Sequence record: NC_028899.1
DNA: 64,000 bases
Direction: 5' to 3' (one strand)
How positions within the stretch are numbered: position 1 is the first letter of the stretch; every line of letters starts with the position of its first letter. Made by a program: the position numbers and the translations under genes. The notes under the pieces are model-generated. The model made no database searches. It worked only from the letters and a program-made list of their open reading frames with translations, and was not told where the DNA came from. Below are positions 9,139-17,839 of this stretch, piece by piece.

Positions 9139-10260
9139 ATGTCTGACGTTAACATCACTCCCGTCTCTCATGTTTTCGATGAAACCGGCACTCTGGCCGA
9201 GAACTACATCGAGAACGAACAACGAGATCTGGCGCAACGGAATGTCCGTGCGCTTTGCACCCGATACGGCAGTTTCTTTGTCGACTCGGTCAAGCTGCGC
9301 GATGCCAACGGCAATCCGTTGGTACCGTCGCAATACCAATTCGGTCTGTTTGCCGAAGACCTCACCGCGAAGACCGGTAAGGAAATCGCTGGCGCGGTGA
9401 TCATCACCGATGCCACGGTGATCGCTCCTGTGTTCATCGATTATCAGTGCGTGGGCGGCCCGTGGGGCGCGACCAATGAGCAGATCATCGATCTGTTCAC
9501 GCAACTGACGACCGACGATCGTCCTGTGGCGTGGCCGAACATTCTGGGTAAACCGGATGGTTACAAGCCTGCTCACCACTTCCAGGACATCGGTGACCTG
9601 TTCGGTGCGGAATACATCGTTCAGGCACTGGAGCGCTTGGGCAATGCCTACTTGATGGGCGACAATGCGTCGCACGATGAAATCCTTCGCCAGATCGACC
9701 AACTGCGTCAGGACATGAATCAGGGCTTGACTGACCTGAGCAATGCACTGAAGGCATACGCCGATGCAGGTGACGCTCGTGTCCAGGCTAACCTGGATAA
9801 CGAAGCGCAGATTCGTGCGAACGCTGATACGACTCTGCAAGGCAACATCAACAACGAAGCGACGGCGCGTCAAAATGCCGATGCGACGTTGCAGACGAAC
9901 ATCAACAACGCCATCACGCATGCGGACAATGGTGACGCTGCTTTGCAGCAGAACATCAATGCCGAAGCAACTGCTCGTCAAAACGCAGACACCGCTCTGC
10001 AGACGAACATCAACTCCGTGAACACCGCCCTCACCGCCCACGTGAATGCGACGGGTAACGTTCACAACCTGACGCCGGCTCAGCTGGGTGTGTACACGAC
10101 CGCTCAGGTCGATGCACTCATCAATAGCGTCAACGCAAACCTTGGCAATTACGTCAAGAAGAATACGGCAGAAGAACTCTCGCTGACCAACAGTGGTGGT
10201 GTTCTGTACGCATTCGTCTCTGGTGCATGGCGTGCTGTGTGGCCGCCCCAGTGGCAGTAG
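9139..10260 (+). CDS. Tail fibre-like virion protein, paralog of 7055-9127
   Basis: Shared N-domain; coiled-coil repeats EAxARQNADxxLQxNIN; ends YAFVSGAWRAVWPPQWQ. Confidence 0.65.
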   Translation: MSDVNITPVSHVFDETGTLAENYIENEQRDLAQRNVRALCTRYGSFFVDSVKLRDANGNPLVPSQYQFGLFAEDLTAKTGKEIAGAVIITDATVIAPVFIDYQCVGGPWGATNEQIIDLFTQLTTDDRPVAWPNILGKPDGYKPAHHFQDIGDLFGAEYIVQALERLGNAYLMGDNASHDEILRQIDQLRQDMNQGLTDLSNALKAYADAGDARVQANLDNEAQIRANADTTLQGNINNEATARQNADATLQTNINNAITHADNGDAALQQNINAEATARQNADTALQTNINSVNTALTAHVNATGNVHNLTPAQLGVYTTAQVDALINSVNANLGNYVKKNTAEELSLTNSGGVLYAFVSGAWRAVWPPQWQ

Positions 10261-10326
10261 GATTTAGCGACAATAATATTTTACATATACTACAGTTACT
10301 ATAGACTAGGACTGTAGAGGTGTGAA

Positions 10327-11244
10327 ATGTTGCAAGTTGCCCAAGATGTAAATCTCAGTCTGTGGGATGCAGCCGGATTTTTCCGGCTGCTTGACTGCTG
10401 GCAGAATGATGAAATCGAAACCTATCGGCAGTATAACGATTCTCTCATGGGGACTCGTTATACTTTCCGAGAAATAAACCGCCGAGAAGATACGGCTGGT
10501 GTTTACATTCTTTATTTCCGTCAAAATGGTAAGTTCTACATTGGAAGCGCGCGAAGTCTTATGCGGCGCTTAGCCGATCATGAATCAAAGATACGCAACG
10601 GAAAACACCCCAATGCTAAACTTCTCAATGCCTACAAAAATAATTACGATCGTTTACCGGATGTATTCTATATCTTAACGGATAGCGATCCACTTGCCCG
10701 TCAAGTCGAACAAAGATTAATTGACCTCGTTTTCATGGACGCATGTTGCCTGAATCAGAGGACAATGGTCGAAGAGTATCGTCCTGCTACAGAAGACACT
10801 CGAAAGAAACTTCAAGAAGGCGCCAAGCGTCAGTGGGGTGATCCTGACTTCAAGAAGAAAATCTCCGAGATCTATGCAGATCCGAAACACAAAGCGAAGC
10901 GAATTGCCAATGGCAAGAAGCTCACGGAAGATCCTGAGTACATGAAGAAGCTCTCAGATGCCTCTAAGAAGCTCTGGGAAGATCCAGAATACGCCGAAAA
11001 GATCCGTCAGTCCGGTTCTGCAGTCTGGAAGGAAGAAGGCTTCAAAGAGCGCCATAAAGCCGCTATGCAGGCTAAACATTCTGATCCCGAATATCGCGCA
11101 AATGCGACTCGCGGATTAGCTGCGTCGAATGCCGCTAGACAGAAACCAGTTACGATCGGCGGAGTCCAATATCCTCATGCAAAAGCAGCTGCACAAGCGC
11201 TAGGCATGAGTGAAACTTCGGTACGGCGCAAATGCGACAAATAA
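10327..11244 (+). CDS. Free-standing GIY-YIG homing endonuclease
   Basis: GVYILYF...FYIGSA..L..RL..H motif; about five W-x-DPEY-x-x-K-x-S helical repeats; C-terminal NUMOD1/HTH-like segment; AT-richer than flanks. Confidence 0.85.
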   Translation: MLQVAQDVNLSLWDAAGFFRLLDCWQNDEIETYRQYNDSLMGTRYTFREINRREDTAGVYILYFRQNGKFYIGSARSLMRRLADHESKIRNGKHPNAKLLNAYKNNYDRLPDVFYILTDSDPLARQVEQRLIDLVFMDACCLNQRTMVEEYRPATEDTRKKLQEGAKRQWGDPDFKKKISEIYADPKHKAKRIANGKKLTEDPEYMKKLSDASKKLWEDPEYAEKIRQSGSAVWKEEGFKERHKAAMQAKHSDPEYRANATRGLAASNAARQKPVTIGGVQYPHAKAAAQALGMSETSVRRKCDK

Positions 11245-11291
11245 AAAGGGATAGCTCGGGAAGATATGGTGACACCATATACGGAGGTAAC

Positions 11292-11828
11292 ATGAAACGA
11301 AAAGTTCACCAATCGGTCGAATGGAATCGTATCGTTCCCAACACCATCACGGCGGAGGATCTTCTTCTTCCCGAGCTTCTCACTCAAGATCATCTGTTCG
11401 AACAGGGTCTTGTTTTCACGATCGATGCTGAAGGTCGAGATCACCGCCATTCTAATGTTTACGATTTCGTGAACAAAAAGGCCGGCCGTTCGATCAAGAT
11501 CGAAGGCATCGAGCGTCTTAATCGCACGATGTGGGACTTCTGCAACCTGATCGTGAATGGCCCGATCAATAAACCGTTGCCCTTCTCGTGCCATCTGTTT
11601 ATTGCAGGCCAAAATGACGCAAGCTTTCCGGATCACACCGATCCGGACGGCGTATTCCTCTATGTCGTCGAAGGCACGAAAACGATGATCGTAGAAGGAA
11701 CGACGTATACGTTGGAAAAAGATCAAACGCTCTACATTCCGCCTGGCACGGTTCATCGTGCTGAGAACCGTGAAGCGTCCGTGATGCTTTCAATCGGTTT
11801 CGATGACTTCTTGGTGGAGAAATTCTAA
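11292..11828 (+). CDS. JmjC/cupin-type Fe(II)/2OG oxygenase (Cupin_4/ROX-like)
   Basis: GGAGGT RBS before ATG 11292; FPDHTDPDGVFLYVVEGTK and LYIPPGTVH give an HxD...H triad plus the 2OG-binding Lys. Confidence 0.75.
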   Translation: MKRKVHQSVEWNRIVPNTITAEDLLLPELLTQDHLFEQGLVFTIDAEGRDHRHSNVYDFVNKKAGRSIKIEGIERLNRTMWDFCNLIVNGPINKPLPFSCHLFIAGQNDASFPDHTDPDGVFLYVVEGTKTMIVEGTTYTLEKDQTLYIPPGTVHRAENREASVMLSIGFDDFLVEKF

Positions 11829-11829
11829 A

Positions 11830-12894
11830 ATGCATCGCACGGTATATATCAAAACAACGGAAGCGTGCAATCTGAACTGCAAGCATTGCTTTACCGGGGG
11901 CAGTCAACCGAAGCGTGAATTCCTCGACGTGGAAAGGACGATCGACTGGGTTCGACGTCTGTTTGAACACTTGAGTTTCGAGGATCACACGCATTTCGAA
12001 CTCCACGGCGGCGAGCCGTTCCTCTTGCCTGTGAAACAACTGAAGGAACTGACCAAGGGTATTCGTACCTGGGGTCCGGTCAAGCACTCGATTGGTGCGA
12101 CCACGAATCTGGTTTACAAGTTGACGGATGAACTGCTCTGGTTCATCCGCAACGATCTGGAAAGCATCGGTACGTCCTGGGATCCGGATATCCGGTTCAA
12201 GAACGACAAGCAATACCAGCTGTGGTGGGAGAACATGAAGACCATCACGAAACATTGTGATGTCACGTTGAACGTGAGCGTCTCCCGCGCTTTGGTGAAC
12301 ATGAACATCAGCGACCTGCTGATGTATCTGCGCGACACCGGTGCTTCGAAGGTTCAGTTCGAACGCATCACCCAGAACGGCAACGCGAAGAAGAACCTCA
12401 CCCTATTCCCGTCGAATGCAGAAATCAACGACTGGTATCTGCGCCTGCACAACGCGTCCGAGAAGCTGAATGCTCGCGACTGGTTCTACAATGCAGCACT
12501 GGAAGACGTGTATGCAAAATTCGAAAATGGCAATGCTTGCTCTGGCACGTTCTGTCGGAATTGCGAAGAGACCATCTTTACGCTCAACGCGGACGGCAGC
12601 ATTGGGGGTTGCGCCAATTCGGCGCCAGAAGAATCCTTTGGACACATCGACATGGACATCGGAGAACTCTTCGATACCACCGGACGAATCGATAACATTG
12701 TTAAAGAGCGCGTGCGCAACGAGCAGTGTTACGTTTGCCCTGTGGCCGCTCATTGCGGTGGTGATTGCCACCGACTGGCTTGGGAAGGCGATGTGTGTGC
12801 AGCACCCCGGCAGCTGATGAAGAAGCTCGCTGGCTTGCCGATCGACACTCCCGAAGTCCAACCGAAACGTATCATTCCCATCATGGCGGTTTAA
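11830..12894 (+). CDS. Radical SAM/SPASM protein 1
   Basis: CNLNCKHC, HGGEP, and C-terminal SPASM-like Cys array (CSGTFC..C, GC, CYVC..AAHCGGDC, C). Confidence 0.92.
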   Translation: MHRTVYIKTTEACNLNCKHCFTGGSQPKREFLDVERTIDWVRRLFEHLSFEDHTHFELHGGEPFLLPVKQLKELTKGIRTWGPVKHSIGATTNLVYKLTDELLWFIRNDLESIGTSWDPDIRFKNDKQYQLWWENMKTITKHCDVTLNVSVSRALVNMNISDLLMYLRDTGASKVQFERITQNGNAKKNLTLFPSNAEINDWYLRLHNASEKLNARDWFYNAALEDVYAKFENGNACSGTFCRNCEETIFTLNADGSIGGCANSAPEESFGHIDMDIGELFDTTGRIDNIVKERVRNEQCYVCPVAAHCGGDCHRLAWEGDVCAAPRQLMKKLAGLPIDTPEVQPKRIIPIMAV

Positions 12895-12900
12895 GGAAAT

Positions 12901-13461
12901 ATGAGTACATATCGCACAGACGTCGATGCCGTGGCCCAGGCATACGTACGGAACAACGTGAACGGGGCAATCAACCCCTATCGCTCGGATTGGGCGCCGG
13001 GCTATGTGAACATGGGTCTGGTGGGTTGGATCTCGCAAGATCCGAATCCGGCTCATCCGTCGTGGAACGGCGAATTGAGCACCAACGGCAATACCATGAT
13101 GACCAATCAGGTACGCCAGGCCATGATCGATCTGGGCGTGTATTACGCATGGATTGCCAAGGGCCACTACGGTCTGCAAACGTCGAACCAGAGCGGCGCT
13201 CAGCCTTTGCAGTATGAAGGCTATGGCTACTTCGTGTTCAACGGCGCAGCACCTGGTGCAGGCGATCATTCGAACCGGGTGTATAGCGACCTGCAAACTG
13301 CTGGTACCATGAACGGCACGATCCAATATGCCCAGCTGACGAACTTCTACCAGTTCTGCTGGAACATCATCTGGAACCGTAAAGACGACCTGCTGGTCGA
13401 TCTGACGGTATGCCATTCGTCCTGCCATTCGTCCTGCCACGGCAGCCGTGGTCGTCGTTAA
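12901..13461 (+). CDS. Putative substrate/precursor protein with a C-terminal (CHSS)n repeat
   Basis: AAGGA RBS; 186 aa ending VCHSSCHSSCHGSRGRR; immediately follows rSAM 1. Substrate role is inferred. Confidence 0.6.
   Translation: MSTYRTDVDAVAQAYVRNNVNGAINPYRSDWAPGYVNMGLVGWISQDPNPAHPSWNGELSTNGNTMMTNQVRQAMIDLGVYYAWIAKGHYGLQTSNQSGAQPLQYEGYGYFVFNGAAPGAGDHSNRVYSDLQTAGTMNGTIQYAQLTNFYQFCWNIIWNRKDDLLVDLTVCHSSCHSSCHGSRGRR
13411..13440 (+). repeat. 12-bp tandem repeat (TGCCATTCGTCC)x2 plus TGCCAC encoding CHSS-CHSS-CH
   Basis: Read directly: 13411-13422 and 13423-13434 are identical; 13435-13440 is a partial third unit. Confidence 0.95.
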
Positions 13462-13470
13462 GGAGTCGTC

Positions 13471-14541
13471 ATGATCAATCTTTTCGATCGAGTCTATCTC
13501 CGCCACGACAACGTGCTTGCGCGGGGTGAAGGTCAGCTGAAACTGATCATCAGCCCGAAGGTGAAGGAAGTCACTTACGTGATGGATCCGCTGCAACAGC
13601 AACAGGCGGGCATCATGGGCGTTTACGACTGCCTGTCCGATTGCGATCACTACATGGGTGGTCGCGATGCGCTCTGGCTGTCGCTCGCAACCAAGAAGGC
13701 CAAGGTCGTCATCATCGCAGATCGTTTCGTGGCGGCCGAGCTGCTGATCCAGTACTGGAAGGCAATCTTCAAGGAAACCACGGCCGACAGTCTGTACGCT
13801 CTGTACCAGATCGCGGTGAACAACGAGAACCTGCATACGCACCGTCCGACGGAAAAGCGTACGCACCTGGCGTCTCCCAATTCGACCGATGGTCACATCG
13901 AGAAGCTGACGGCTGAAGAATTCCAGACGCTGTACGACAAGCTGTCGCCGGCTATGCTGGACTTCTCGTCGGATGCGGCTCTGAAGTCGATTCCGTTCGA
14001 ATATCTGCTCATGTCGTATCTGGCAGATCCGTCCGAAGACCTCGTGAAGCGCGTCTTCTTCCAGAAGCTCGACGCAATCATGCGTTCGAACATCGTCGCG
14101 AAGCTGATCGGTGGGCGTGAAGAACTCATGTTCGAGACGCACAACTACTACCTGCTGGAAAACGGCGGGCAAGAGCACCTGATCACCGATCCGGTGGCGC
14201 ACCTGACGAACAGTCCGATCCTCTCGTGGGTGATGGACGAAGCGTTCGTGTATGGCAACGAAGACGAGATCCTGAAGAAGTATTCGCTCGATCAGATCAA
14301 GTTCTTCTTCGAACAGATCAAGCGTCTCGTACTCGAAGACGAATCGATCCTCGTGGCCATCGACTGCGTGAAGAACAAGCAGTACGCAAAGCTGATCGAA
14401 TACGACATCGGTGACCATCAAGGCAACTTCTTCGGCACCGGTGCGTTCGTGAACAAGATCAACGGCCTGTTGGTCTCGTACATGTATCAGCTGAAACGTC
14501 TGAACATGATGGACAAGCTCGCGCTGTACGAACTGAAGTAA
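13471..14541 (+). CDS. Hypothetical protein, 356 aa, within the rSAM cluster
   Basis: AGGAG RBS, strong codon bias, no recognised motif. Confidence 0.8.
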   Translation: MINLFDRVYLRHDNVLARGEGQLKLIISPKVKEVTYVMDPLQQQQAGIMGVYDCLSDCDHYMGGRDALWLSLATKKAKVVIIADRFVAAELLIQYWKAIFKETTADSLYALYQIAVNNENLHTHRPTEKRTHLASPNSTDGHIEKLTAEEFQTLYDKLSPAMLDFSSDAALKSIPFEYLLMSYLADPSEDLVKRVFFQKLDAIMRSNIVAKLIGGREELMFETHNYYLLENGGQEHLITDPVAHLTNSPILSWVMDEAFVYGNEDEILKKYSLDQIKFFFEQIKRLVLEDESILVAIDCVKNKQYAKLIEYDIGDHQGNFFGTGAFVNKINGLLVSYMYQLKRLNMMDKLALYELK

Positions 14542-14550
14542 ATCCATGTG

Positions 14551-14589
14551 CTGCTCGGTACCTTCGGGTACCGAGTGGTCTCTTTTTTT
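14551..14589 (+). terminator. Intrinsic terminator with cUUCGg loop and U-tract
   Basis: CTCGGTACC-TTCG-GGTACCGAG followed by TGGTCTCTTTTTTT. Confidence 0.85.
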
Positions 14590-14636
14590 CTATTGGTCAC
14601 ACTTCTGTTTTGACCTATCCCACTGAGGAAAACGAA

Positions 14637-15683
14637 ATGAGTGAAGAGAAGAAACATCCGTTGAATTTCGGCAATATGGAAATGAAGCCCGAACTCGAAC
14701 CCGCTCTCGAGATCGCGCGTGCGCCGATCGAAGATGTGCCGAACGATCCCTTGCTCGAAAATCTGGGCGCGCCGATCGATTATCAGTCGCCGAGAGAAAT
14801 CGTTCAAGCTGAAAACGTCGGCGATGGCTGGGTCGCAGAACTCCCGCCCGAGCAGCAGACCCCGGTCCAGCAGCCCGGCATCCCCGAAGACAAGCTGCGC
14901 GAAACGGTTGTACCGTTTCCGACCGACATGATCCGCCAGTACTTCAGCGACAAGGATCTGTTCTTCATCGCGAACTACAGCGAGTCGAAGCTCAAGGGCG
15001 CGCAGTTCCTGACGTACCTGTCGAACATCAACATCCCGTCGGATGTGAAGTTCAATACGCCGATCGGATACGCCGAGTATGCCGAGATCATGAAGGCGTA
15101 CATGGAATCGATCAACATCGTCAACTGCGCTGGTCTGCACGTCATGGCAGCTGAAATGCTGCTCGTCGCCAAGGGCCTGCCGTACGATCGTTCGCCGTAC
15201 GCTCTGCCGATCGACGAGAAGGTGATCCTCATGTTCATCGAGGAACACTACGAGATGGTGCAAAAGTGGCTGCACTTCATCGACTCGACGCAAGTCTACG
15301 CGCTGCGTTCGATCAAGGCGCTGAATGATCACTTCAAGCCGGAAGAACATTTCCCGGTGGTGGAAGATCGCTGCTTCGTCGGCGCGAACATCGCCCAGCT
15401 GTTCCGCATCCCGCAGTTCATCGCCCTGTACTTCGTGATCGAAAACGCGACGTACAAGTTGTCGTACTTCCGAGATCAGTTCGAAGAATACATGTTCAAG
15501 AACGAAACGCTCGCGAAGTACTTCCAGTCGCCGAACAACTTCGCTGCGCTGTATTTCATGCACTACGCGTCGGGCCTGTTCAAGCCGGAAGACATCAACC
15601 ACGGTCTGTTCAAGATCGGCGTGTTCGATCCGAACAGCGAGGCTTTCGTGAAGGAAGCATATGCCGCAACCATTCAAATCTGA
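14637..15683 (+). CDS. Hypothetical protein, 348 aa, within the rSAM cluster
   Basis: GAGGA RBS before ATG 14637; acidic Pro-rich N-terminus and aromatic-rich helical body. Confidence 0.8.
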   Translation: MSEEKKHPLNFGNMEMKPELEPALEIARAPIEDVPNDPLLENLGAPIDYQSPREIVQAENVGDGWVAELPPEQQTPVQQPGIPEDKLRETVVPFPTDMIRQYFSDKDLFFIANYSESKLKGAQFLTYLSNINIPSDVKFNTPIGYAEYAEIMKAYMESINIVNCAGLHVMAAEMLLVAKGLPYDRSPYALPIDEKVILMFIEEHYEMVQKWLHFIDSTQVYALRSIKALNDHFKPEEHFPVVEDRCFVGANIAQLFRIPQFIALYFVIENATYKLSYFRDQFEEYMFKNETLAKYFQSPNNFAALYFMHYASGLFKPEDINHGLFKIGVFDPNSEAFVKEAYAATIQI

Positions 15684-16764
15684 TTCGAACTCTTCGATGA
15701 CGATGGGTGAGGCATCCCAATACCACCTGAGTTTGAACTTGGAGTGGTTGTCGGGTTGCCAATTCAGCTGTAAAGGCTGTCACGTCAATAAGGTAACGGG
15801 CGTTCCATACACCATGACGGAGTATGTCAAGCTTAATACTTGGCTCTCCAGCATGACGTATGAAGGGAATTACCTGCCGACGATTGTCTTCCTCGGCCCG
15901 GTGGATTTCCTGGTGGCAGACAACACCTATCGTCTTCTGAAGAACGAACTTACGTGGGGCACATTCTCACAGTTCAAGCGCCTGTCTCTGCAGACGACGT
16001 TCCTGAACATGGATCGTGCTTACGAGATCGCTCAGGTTCTGAAGCAGCATTATCGGAACCTGGAACTCGAACTCAACTTCATCGTTGAGCCGGAACAGAT
16101 CAACAACGAAAAGTATCTGAATCGCATTAAGGAGAACCGCGATCGGATGCTGGATTATCTGCAGTGGGATAAGCACATCGCGTCTTTCGCCATCATGAAC
16201 GTCTACGAGTACGATCGGGTGAAGAAGAACGACGTGAAAGCAATCCTCTCGGATTACCAGGCAATGCACGCCAAGATCAAAGAGAAGTTCGATTCCACCA
16301 TCGACTTCAATTTCTCGATGACCCGTAATCCCTGGTGGGATAACGAAGACATCAAGGAAGCCGTGCAGAGCGTGAGTCGAATCTTCGACGGTGGCGTCGA
16401 TCATGAGTTCAACCAGACCATCCGATTCTCCTTCGGCAAGCTGGAAGACTCAGCGATCGAAAAGCATTACAACTGGCATCAGGGCAATCTGTATGTGTCG
16501 CCCATGATTTACGAACGCATCGCTTCTTTCAATCCGAAACTGCGTGTTCCTTTGGGACCGTTGGGTGGCGTGAGAGAAACTGAGGAGTTCGAACGCCGGT
16601 TGCTGCTGGATCAGTATCATAACTCCGAAACCAAAACCGAGTGCAATCGTTGCCGATATCAAGCCTCTTGTATCGAACGCAATGTCCTGACGTTTATGGA
16701 CATGCACGAGATCAAGGACTGCATCATCGCCCGTAAAGCTCTCGATGCCATCAACGTCATTTGA
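15661..16764 (+). CDS. Divergent radical SAM protein 2
   Basis: GCQFSCKGCH retains CxxxCxxC; GGE motif replaced by LGPVDF; reduced C-terminal CxxCx5C...C. Start could be 15697 or 15703. Confidence 0.75.
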   Translation: MPQPFKSDSNSSMTMGEASQYHLSLNLEWLSGCQFSCKGCHVNKVTGVPYTMTEYVKLNTWLSSMTYEGNYLPTIVFLGPVDFLVADNTYRLLKNELTWGTFSQFKRLSLQTTFLNMDRAYEIAQVLKQHYRNLELELNFIVEPEQINNEKYLNRIKENRDRMLDYLQWDKHIASFAIMNVYEYDRVKKNDVKAILSDYQAMHAKIKEKFDSTIDFNFSMTRNPWWDNEDIKEAVQSVSRIFDGGVDHEFNQTIRFSFGKLEDSAIEKHYNWHQGNLYVSPMIYERIASFNPKLRVPLGPLGGVRETEEFERRLLLDQYHNSETKTECNRCRYQASCIERNVLTFMDMHEIKDCIIARKALDAINVI

Positions 16765-16768
16765 GACG

Positions 16769-16798
16769 CATATGGACTGGCCGCGGCCAGTCCATATG
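16769..16798. repeat. Perfect 30-bp palindrome between rSAM 2 and rSAM 3
   Basis: CATATGGACTGGCCGCGGCCAGTCCATATG equals its own reverse complement. Confidence 0.95.
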
Positions 16799-16814
16799 TA
16801 CATGCGAGGTAATT

Positions 16815-17837
16815 ATGAACAACGAAATTCTGAATCAGATGCTCTCGTCCAAAGTCCAGGACAGCACGGAAATCGAACACCATCTGTTCGAGTACTGCAA
16901 CCTGAACTGTTCGTTCTGCGGTCAGGACCATGACTCGAAGGTCGGCATGGAATCGATCATCGAGAAAGCCCACAAGACCGTGGACTTCATCTTCCGTTCG
17001 AAGAAGAAGAAACACACCATCAACGTGATGGGTGGTGAGATCTTCAACGACAAGGTCGAGACGAATGTCTTTCTCGACTACTACAAGTTCTACGAAATCA
17101 TCGAAAAAGTCTGTCGCGATCTGAAGGTGGAATTCCAGATCAACTGGGTCACGAACCTGATCTTCAAAGAGAATCGTGAGATGGTGCATTGGCTCATGGA
17201 GAAAACCAAAGCCCATGCCAAGATCTCCACCTCGTATGACTTTGCGGGTCGTGGTCTGGACCTGAATCGTACTCTGACGTTCAGGTATAACCTGAGTCTC
17301 TACAAAGAGTACATCGGTGTCGTCGGCTTCGTTCTGACGAAACCGTCGATTCGTAAACTCCTGAAGGATTCGGATTCGTTCTTCCAGAATGAACTGTATC
17401 CGAACTTCCCGTTGTATTTCGATTGGTACGTGCCGGAGAAATCTTCCGAAAAGATGATGCCGTCGGAGCAAGAGATGCTCGACGCGCTGCTTTATGTCGC
17501 GGAGAAATATCCGAACATCGAACCGGTCAAATCCATGCTGGAGAACGAGCACAACAAGATGACGTGCTTCAGCTTGAACAAGACGACTATCCTGCCCGAC
17601 GGTAAGGAAGTCACATGTCGCTATCTTGAATACGACAAAGAAAAATTTATAAACGATATCGATTATTCGAGCAATGCAAACATTGTCCAATCCCACCTCG
17701 ATCGAAACGAATGCTATTCGTGTAATCACTTTGACCGCTGCCAGTTTCGGTGTTTTGTGCAAGCTGACTGGGCGGAACTCGAACGGCTGCCCACCTGTTT
17801 CATCCGAACCTTCTTCGACAAGACTGTCGGGAGGTAA
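16815..17837 (+). CDS. Radical SAM/SPASM protein 3
   Basis: GAGGT RBS; CNLNCSFC, MGGEIF, C-terminal C...C...CYSC...DRCQFRC...C. Confidence 0.9.
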   Translation: MNNEILNQMLSSKVQDSTEIEHHLFEYCNLNCSFCGQDHDSKVGMESIIEKAHKTVDFIFRSKKKKHTINVMGGEIFNDKVETNVFLDYYKFYEIIEKVCRDLKVEFQINWVTNLIFKENREMVHWLMEKTKAHAKISTSYDFAGRGLDLNRTLTFRYNLSLYKEYIGVVGFVLTKPSIRKLLKDSDSFFQNELYPNFPLYFDWYVPEKSSEKMMPSEQEMLDALLYVAEKYPNIEPVKSMLENEHNKMTCFSLNKTTILPDGKEVTCRYLEYDKEKFINDIDYSSNANIVQSHLDRNECYSCNHFDRCQFRCFVQADWAELERLPTCFIRTFFDKTVGR

Positions 17838-17839
17838 AT

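Noticed and set aside
10327-11244. GIY-YIG gene as part of a group I intron
   Set aside because: The flanking genes are complete with their own stops and starts; no interrupted ORF or intron core was recognised.
13408-13443. CHSSCH read as a c-type heme-binding motif
   Set aside because: The spacing is CxxxCH, not CxxCH; there is no signal peptide and no cytochrome c maturation gene in the window.
13471-14541. Faint resemblance to a dual-specificity phosphatase fold
   Set aside because: No CX5R catalytic loop; the similarity is only impressionistic.
12403-14547. 714-aa minus-strand ORF across the rSAM cluster
   Set aside because: Antisense shadow of well-supported plus-strand genes caused by strong codon bias; no motifs or RBS.
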